This document shows positions 48,316-53,915 of a DNA stretch of 53,915 nucleotides, piece by piece. The notes below the pieces were generated by a model. It was not told the DNA's origin. It ran no database searches and saw nothing but the letters and a program-made list of their open reading frames with translations. The translations under genes and the position numbers were made by a program. This stretch comes from Acanthaster planci (lineage: Eukaryota): assembly GCF_001949145.1 (NCBI RefSeq), contig NW_019091360.1:382502-436416 (forward strand). Reading direction: 5' to 3'. Within the stretch, counting starts at the first letter, position 1. Each line of letters opens with the position of its first letter.

Positions 48316-51300
48316 TTAGTCCCTATATCTTGCTGGTAGCCTGATGGTTCGTCTCGGCCGTTGGGGCTGTTCTTGTGTCTTGACCCTCTCGTCTGCACTG
48401 CTGTCGTCACCGTCACTAGAGGAAAGGGAAGAATTAGGCTCGGTGTTCACTGCCGACTGGTCATTTACCCTTGGTCGCCGCACGCCTGGTGGGGAAGGGA
48501 CAAGATATCTTGCTGGCATCCTGATGATTCGACGCGGCCATGGAGGCTGCTCTTGCATCTCGTCTCTCCCATCTGCACTGCAGTCGTCATCCTCACTAGT
48601 GGAAGAGGGAGAGTTAGGCACAGTGTCTACTGCGGACTGGTCACTGCTACTCGATTGCCGCACACCTGGCGGAGAAGGGATGAGGCCCTGCACCTCGTCA
48701 TCAGAAGGGTCGACGCTGTCCTCAGTTTCCGACAGATCAAATGGGCAGACTGACAACATGTTTCTGTGGACTGTCCTGGTTCGCGTACCGACCAAGTCTC
48801 GCACCATGTACACTGGCAGGTTAGGCAGTTTCCTGACGACTATGTGTGGTTCAGCTTCCCATTTGTCCTTCAGCTTAGACTTTCCTCTCGGGGTTCTGTT
48901 AGCGACGAGTACTCTATCACCAGCCTTCAATGGCTGCTCACGCACCTTTTGGTCATAAGTGGCCTTCTGCTTTGCGCGAGCTCTCTCTGTCATCTGATTC
49001 ACAGTGTTGTACGCCTCACGCAGGTTTTCTTCCAGCTGCTTGACGTAAGAGTGGTGGTCGGCACCATTTGGAGTGGACTCATCTGGGGGAGGTATTAAGA
49101 CATCTATGGGTAGCTTGGGGTGACGTAGAAACATGAGGTAATACGGCGAAAAGCCCGTGGACTCGTGCCGGGTGTTGTTGTAGGCATGTGTGAGGGTTTG
49201 TACATGCATTGCCCAGTCCAACTTCTGTGACGACTCCAGGGTTCCAAGCATGGACAACAAGGTACGGTTAAAACGCTCGGTCATCCCATTCCCCTGGGGG
49301 TGGTATGGAGTGGTCCTGCTCTTGGATGTCCCCAAGAGGCGACAGAGCTCCCGCACCACTGCCGACTCAAAGCACCGTCCTTGGTCTGAATGAAGTCGTT
49401 CGGGTATGCCGTAGTGGACGATGTATTTCTGCCACAGGACTTTGGCCACAGTCGTTGCACGCTGGTCCCTGGTGGGAAAGGCTTGGGCATAGCGAGTGAA
49501 ATGATCGGTGATGACGAGGATATTCTCTATCCCTCCCTTCGATGGCTCAAGACTCAAGAAGTCGATACAAACTAGCTGCATGGGACGGGTTGTCTGGATC
49601 GGATGAAGTTCGGCCCGTCTTGTCTCCGGCATCTTCCGTAATGCGCATCTTTTGCATTTCTTGATGTACCACTTCACCTTCGAATACAACCCTGGCCAGT
49701 AGTATCGATCGCTTACAAGGGGTAGAACCTTTTCCAGCCCGAGGTGACCCATATCGTCGTGCAGATGACGCAGTACCACCCGTCGCATTTTACTGGGGAG
49801 AACCTGCCGGTGGCACACCTGACCATCCTCACGAACCTTCTGGTACCACAGCATGCCGTCTGCAACAATCAACCTGTCCCAGGCCCTCACTAATTGCCGA
49901 ACTTCCTTGGACTCCTTGGACAGTTGTCGCTTGCTGGGCTTCGCCACACTTCGTTGCTTGAGGACAACAACCCGACTGATAACCTCATCATCTTGTTGAG
50001 CCTCGAGAAGACTGACGCCTTGTAGACAACTGGTTCCACATCCACAATCCACGCTCTGGTCCTTTCCTTTACAGGACTCTGTCTGGGAGGCTGTCGACAC
50101 GGTCATCACTGGGGTTTGGACGGAGACCACATTACTACTGACCTTGATAGCGCCTGTCCCTTTGGTGCTCCCCTCATCTTTCTTCCGGTCGGTACCATCC
50201 AGTATCTGTGTAACTTCAGCGCTGGGAATGCGAGACAAGGAATCTGCATTGGCATTCTTTTTGCCTGGGCGATAGATGATGTCCAAATCAAATACCGCCA
50301 AGTCACTCACCCACCTCTGGCTAGATGCGTCCAACTTCGCCTTGTCAAGAACATATGTCAAAGGGTTGTTGTCCGTAACTGCGGTCACACGGTTCCCGTA
50401 CAGGTAGTCTCTGAACTTGGAAGTTACGGCCCAGTGCAAAGCTTTAAATTCGAGCTTGTGAATTGGGTATTTCTGCTCGGCTGGGGAGAGCGTTCTACTG
50501 GCATACCCGATTACCCGCTCGTGGTCTCCCTGCTTCTGCGCCAGCACTGCACCTAGTCCTTCTCGGGAGGCGTCCGTTTGAATTACGAAGGGCTGCTTGT
50601 AGTCAGCGTAGGCCAGTATCGGTGCTGATGTTAGCTTCTCGACGAGGGCCTCAAAAGACGCTTGGCATTCTGGTGACCATTCAAAAGGGGGGTCCTTACT
50701 TCCTCGCTTTCCTCCAGTTAGTGCGAACAAGGGAGCGGCTACCTTAGAGTAATTTCGGACGAACCTCCGGTAGTAACCGGTGAGCCCCAGAAAACCCCGA
50801 ACATCACGCTTGGACTTGGGTACCGGCCAATTCTTCACCGCTGAAATCTTCTCGGGATCAGTAGAGATGCCGTCTGCTGACACAACATGGCCGAGATATT
50901 TCACGCTGCTTCGGAGCAGGTGGCACTTAGACGGCTTCAATTTTAGACCGTGTTCTCTCAACCGTGAAAATACCTTGGAGAGTCGGGCTACGTGTTCCTC
51001 TACGGTGGCACTAAAGACAATGATGTCATCCAGGTAAAGGAGAACACTGTCAAAATTCATGTCGCCGAAAACAGTAGCCATCAACCTCTGGAAAGTAGCA
51101 GGGGCGTTGGTCAGGCCAAATGGCATTCGGTTGAACTCGTACAGTCCCATCGGTGAAATGAACGCTGTCTTCGGTTGGTCCTTACTGGCGACTTTGACTT
51201 GGTGGTACCCTGAAGTGAGGTCTAGACAGGAGAAATATTTTGCATGGCACAGGGCGTCTAGCGCTTCATCGATCCTGGGAAGTGGGTAGGCATCCCTCAC

Positions 51301-52659
51301 TGTTCTGGCATTAAGTGCCCGGTAGTCTACGCACAGTCGAATGCTCCCGTCCTTCTTCCTGACGATTACAATGGGGGATGCAAATGGGCTGGTGCTTGGT
51401 TGTATCACTCCGGCTGTCTTGAGGTCTTCGATGTGGTTTCGTACTTCTTGGAACTGGGAGGGTGGGATACGCCGGTAGGGAAGTCTGAAAGGAGTTGGAT
51501 CAATTAAGGGAATTTCATGTTCGATGGTCTGTGTGAACCCGAGGTCTTGGGAGTTCTTTGAGAAGATGTCAGCATTTTCTTCGAGTAGCCGAGTCATCCT
51601 GTGCCTATCCTCAGCTGAAAGAGAGCTCAGGTCAACATCAACACCGGAGGCTTCTGGGGAGTTTTCACTGGTTGACGACTCAAAACAGCTAGCCATCGGT
51701 CCACTCTGTGTACCTGGATTTGGCGACTCTGTGTCGGACCCATATTCTGCCGACATGATTTGGCCCATCACCAAGTCAGCTAACCTGGTATTTCGTCTAA
51801 CTACAACATCCTTGGCGGTCAGATTACACACCCGTACCGGAACTCTTCCATTGCGGACTTCAACGTAGGTTTTGCCGACTGCCAAGGATTGTCTGAATGG
51901 TGCATTATCAGTGTCCTCTACAAGCGCCTCAAATGACCTTAATCGTGTGTGCCTTGGTGCCTCGGTGGGGATGTCGACTTCTGTTCCAGCCTTCACCACA
52001 AACGGTTTCCGACCCCTGTACTTGAGACTGCCGAACTTGCCATTCTTCTTCGCCAGGTCAACCCCGTCTGAGTTAACACACTGTATGGCTGAATACCACG
52101 TTTCTGACATCTGTTGCACCTTAGCAAGAAAACCTCTCCCATACCTTGTGTGGAGAGCGTCACGGCTTGCCCTTAGAACATTGGTTCCTATCAGCCCAGG
52201 AATCTTCTCGCGAAACTCTGTAACTGGGACGATGAACATTGGTACACGTGGTACAGCGCGTCCCAAGACTTCAACATTCACCAAGATGACTCCACTATGG
52301 GGCACGGGCTGCCCTCCTGCTCCCTGGATAGTGACGCTAGTTTGCTGGGGCACTTGTGTTCGTAGTTGTGGATGGTTGGCCACGTAGGCATCGGTTATGG
52401 TGCTCACCTGAGACCCAGTGTCCAGCAGAACGGAGCACTTCTTCCCTGACATTAGGATCTCCACGTCACTCACTGGCCCAATTAGGTCACCATTCTCTTG
52501 GTCATCTCTTGGTGGTGTTGGTTCCTTTGAGGGTATCTCTGGGATAGAAAGAGGCGGGCTTGTAGACAATGTAGAAAAACCCACTGATCGCCCTACATCA
52601 GGGGGTTTCCCTAGTTTAACGGTGCTGAGGTAGGCATCTGTCGCTTTGGCTGTGGGCAT
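48316..52659 (-). CDS. pol: Ty3/Gypsy Pol polyprotein (protease-RT-RNase H-integrase), expressed by -1 frameshift from gag
   Basis: 1447-aa uninterrupted ORF with LLDTGSQVS (protease), RMPFGL and YLDD (RT), QTDAS...LE...TDNNPL (RNase H), and HHCC zinc motif plus IDF/HSDQG/GMTERFN (DDE integrase). Order PR-RT-RH-IN is Gypsy. Confidence 0.97.
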   Translation of the reverse strand: MPTAKATDAYLSTVKLGKPPDVGRSVGFSTLSTSPPLSIPEIPSKEPTPPRDDQENGDLIGPVSDVEILMSGKKCSVLLDTGSQVSTITDAYVANHPQLRTQVPQQTSVTIQGAGGQPVPHSGVILVNVEVLGRAVPRVPMFIVPVTEFREKIPGLIGTNVLRASRDALHTRYGRGFLAKVQQMSETWYSAIQCVNSDGVDLAKKNGKFGSLKYRGRKPFVVKAGTEVDIPTEAPRHTRLRSFEALVEDTDNAPFRQSLAVGKTYVEVRNGRVPVRVCNLTAKDVVVRRNTRLADLVMGQIMSAEYGSDTESPNPGTQSGPMASCFESSTSENSPEASGVDVDLSSLSAEDRHRMTRLLEENADIFSKNSQDLGFTQTIEHEIPLIDPTPFRLPYRRIPPSQFQEVRNHIEDLKTAGVIQPSTSPFASPIVIVRKKDGSIRLCVDYRALNARTVRDAYPLPRIDEALDALCHAKYFSCLDLTSGYHQVKVASKDQPKTAFISPMGLYEFNRMPFGLTNAPATFQRLMATVFGDMNFDSVLLYLDDIIVFSATVEEHVARLSKVFSRLREHGLKLKPSKCHLLRSSVKYLGHVVSADGISTDPEKISAVKNWPVPKSKRDVRGFLGLTGYYRRFVRNYSKVAAPLFALTGGKRGSKDPPFEWSPECQASFEALVEKLTSAPILAYADYKQPFVIQTDASREGLGAVLAQKQGDHERVIGYASRTLSPAEQKYPIHKLEFKALHWAVTSKFRDYLYGNRVTAVTDNNPLTYVLDKAKLDASSQRWVSDLAVFDLDIIYRPGKKNANADSLSRIPSAEVTQILDGTDRKKDEGSTKGTGAIKVSSNVVSVQTPVMTVSTASQTESCKGKDQSVDCGCGTSCLQGVSLLEAQQDDEVISRVVVLKQRSVAKPSKRQLSKESKEVRQLVRAWDRLIVADGMLWYQKVREDGQVCHRQVLPSKMRRVVLRHLHDDMGHLGLEKVLPLVSDRYYWPGLYSKVKWYIKKCKRCALRKMPETRRAELHPIQTTRPMQLVCIDFLSLEPSKGGIENILVITDHFTRYAQAFPTRDQRATTVAKVLWQKYIVHYGIPERLHSDQGRCFESAVVRELCRLLGTSKSRTTPYHPQGNGMTERFNRTLLSMLGTLESSQKLDWAMHVQTLTHAYNNTRHESTGFSPYYLMFLRHPKLPIDVLIPPPDESTPNGADHHSYVKQLEENLREAYNTVNQMTERARAKQKATYDQKVREQPLKAGDRVLVANRTPRGKSKLKDKWEAEPHIVVRKLPNLPVYMVRDLVGTRTRTVHRNMLSVCPFDLSETEDSVDPSDDEVQGLIPSPPGVRQSSSSDQSAVDTVPNSPSSTSEDDDCSADGRDEMQEQPPWPRRIIRMPARYLVPSPPGVRRPRVNDQSAVNTEPNSSLSSSDGDDSSADERVKTQEQPQRPRRTIRLPARYRD
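52565..52620 (-). promoter_or_regulatory. -1 ribosomal frameshift signal: G_UUA_AAC slippery heptamer plus downstream stem-loop or pseudoknot
   Basis: Heptamer at 52620-52614 lies immediately before the gag TAG, with pol in the -1 frame. It is followed by AACCC-C-CTGAT[GTAGGGCG]ATCAG-T-GGGTT. Confidence 0.8.
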
Positions 52660-53774
52660 CTACGGGCAAAGTGGCCTAGGTTACCGCAGTTGAAACAGAC
52701 CCTTGGTTTGTCATATCTCTGGGCAGGATGGACGGTCACGCCTGACTGATCGGGTCTCCCTGGCGACATCACATGGGCGTTTCTTTCCAACCGCTCGACA
52801 CGTTGGCCTAAGTGCATCTGATTTTCCAGGACCTGGTTCAGTGTGATGGCCTGCTTCTCCATGAGCTTGGTGATATCGGCAAGTTGTACGCTGGCATCTC
52901 GGTTCTCCTGTGTGTTGTCTGGCCTTTCAGCCATGGACGGTGTGGAGCTCCTTGGGGTGTCTGGCTTAGTAGGTACGTGCGCCATCAGCTGATAGTGCTG
53001 TCTCATCCGTTCTTCCTGTTGGTGCTTCTCCTCGGCCACCACTCTCAACTCAGCACGGAGTTCTTTAAAGCTCATGTCACGAGGACGCATTGGTGCAAGT
53101 CGCTGTCTGCATCGGTCATCCTGTAAACCCGTCATGAACTGTGTAGTTAGGATGCTGTCCCGGTTGTCGCCAAATAGATTGTGGTACCCTTGCTGTTTTC
53201 CCCTCTCCTCAATACGCCTCAACAGTGCCTCCAGTGCGATAGCGTACTCGCTTGCCGATTCGCCTGATTTCTGGACTCTGGCATAGAATCGCGTCATCGG
53301 TGAAGAAGCTGGGTTGTCCTCACCGAACTCCTCCAACAGTTCGGTAAATGCTGCCTCTGCTGTCACTCCTGAGGGGTTGCGACTCTCGAGATTCAACACC
53401 ACATCTCGCGCCCTCCCTCCTGTGTTTCGCACCACTTCATGGAATTGGACCCGTTCTGAAATACTGCCCTTCGCCTCTAGTAGGTAGCGCATGTCTCGTA
53501 TCCAGTCTTCTACCCGCATGCTCTTCTCCCGGCCGGTGAATGTCGGTACTCCTTTCATTTGGTGGGTTGTGATCGTCCTTGGGGAGTTACTCTTCACTGG
53601 GTTAGTGTCTCTGGAGATGGGATCGAACCCGATGAGTTGTTGTGGCGTAAGCTGGTGATGTGGGGGTTGCACTGCTGGGCCCGGTGTAGATGACACCGCT
53701 GAGTAAGGTGTCTCCATGGGTGGTGTGGGTGGCATCATGAAAGTTAGATTCGGTGGACTCGGCGTCTCTGCCAT
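52611..53774 (-). CDS. gag: Ty3/Gypsy retrotransposon Gag (capsid plus CCHC zinc knuckle), 387 aa
   Basis: Intact ORF with PTFTG...EDWI capsid start, FYARVQKSGESASEY major-homology-like region and CFNCGNLGHFARRC knuckle. Confidence 0.95.
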   Translation of the reverse strand: MAETPSPPNLTFMMPPTPPMETPYSAVSSTPGPAVQPPHHQLTPQQLIGFDPISRDTNPVKSNSPRTITTHQMKGVPTFTGREKSMRVEDWIRDMRYLLEAKGSISERVQFHEVVRNTGGRARDVVLNLESRNPSGVTAEAAFTELLEEFGEDNPASSPMTRFYARVQKSGESASEYAIALEALLRRIEERGKQQGYHNLFGDNRDSILTTQFMTGLQDDRCRQRLAPMRPRDMSFKELRAELRVVAEEKHQQEERMRQHYQLMAHVPTKPDTPRSSTPSMAERPDNTQENRDASVQLADITKLMEKQAITLNQVLENQMHLGQRVERLERNAHVMSPGRPDQSGVTVHPAQRYDKPRVCFNCGNLGHFARRCPQPKRQMPTSAPLN

Positions 53775-53915
53775 TGTGCAATTTCAAAGTACCCTCTAAA
53801 TACTGTGTTGGCTTGACCAGACTTAACCATGGACCAAAAAAAAAAAAAACAAGACAAGATCTAGCTAAGTTCCTAAAGAAACAGTGTCCCTACCCGGATT
53901 CTCCACCAAAAGAGA

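Larger units (their letters stand above)
48193..53915 (-). mobile_element. Intact-looking Ty3/Gypsy LTR retrotransposon; 5' LTR beyond window end, 3' LTR in or around the gap at 47980-48192
   Basis: Intact gag and pol. A polypurine tract AGGGGGAGAG on the minus strand (48194-48203) abuts the assembly gap where the 3' LTR should start. Confidence 0.9.

Noticed and set aside
48344..53539. Many + strand ORFs overlapping the Gypsy element
   Set aside because: They are antisense shadows of gag/pol with no recognisable motifs.

Overview
Eukaryotic (animal) genomic DNA, AT-rich and transposon-dense, with four assembly gaps. The repeat types suggest a marine invertebrate, possibly an echinoderm; this is an inference. 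One host gene runs through the window on the + strand: a spliced caspase-8/10-like initiator caspase. I reconstructed seven coding exons by hand from GT-AG sites and matching intron phases (5927-6267, 8664-8896, 15420-15683, 18955-19128, 36749-37006, 38474-38605, 41514-41675; 521 codons with no stop). They give the unusual architecture DED-DED-DD-linker-DD-linker-caspase p20 start. The catalytic exons are not visible and probably lie beyond the window. The introns contain an intact antisense Ty3/Gypsy element (gag, -1 frameshift, pol), a decayed AcademX transposon, a decayed piggyBac and TTAA-targeting MITEs. They also hold Gypsy, CR1/L2, Penelope and DIRS relics, tRNA-derived SINEs and several nested MITEs. 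A palindromic 31-bp minisatellite lies just upstream of the candidate promoter. No rRNA, true tRNA or CRISPR array was found.
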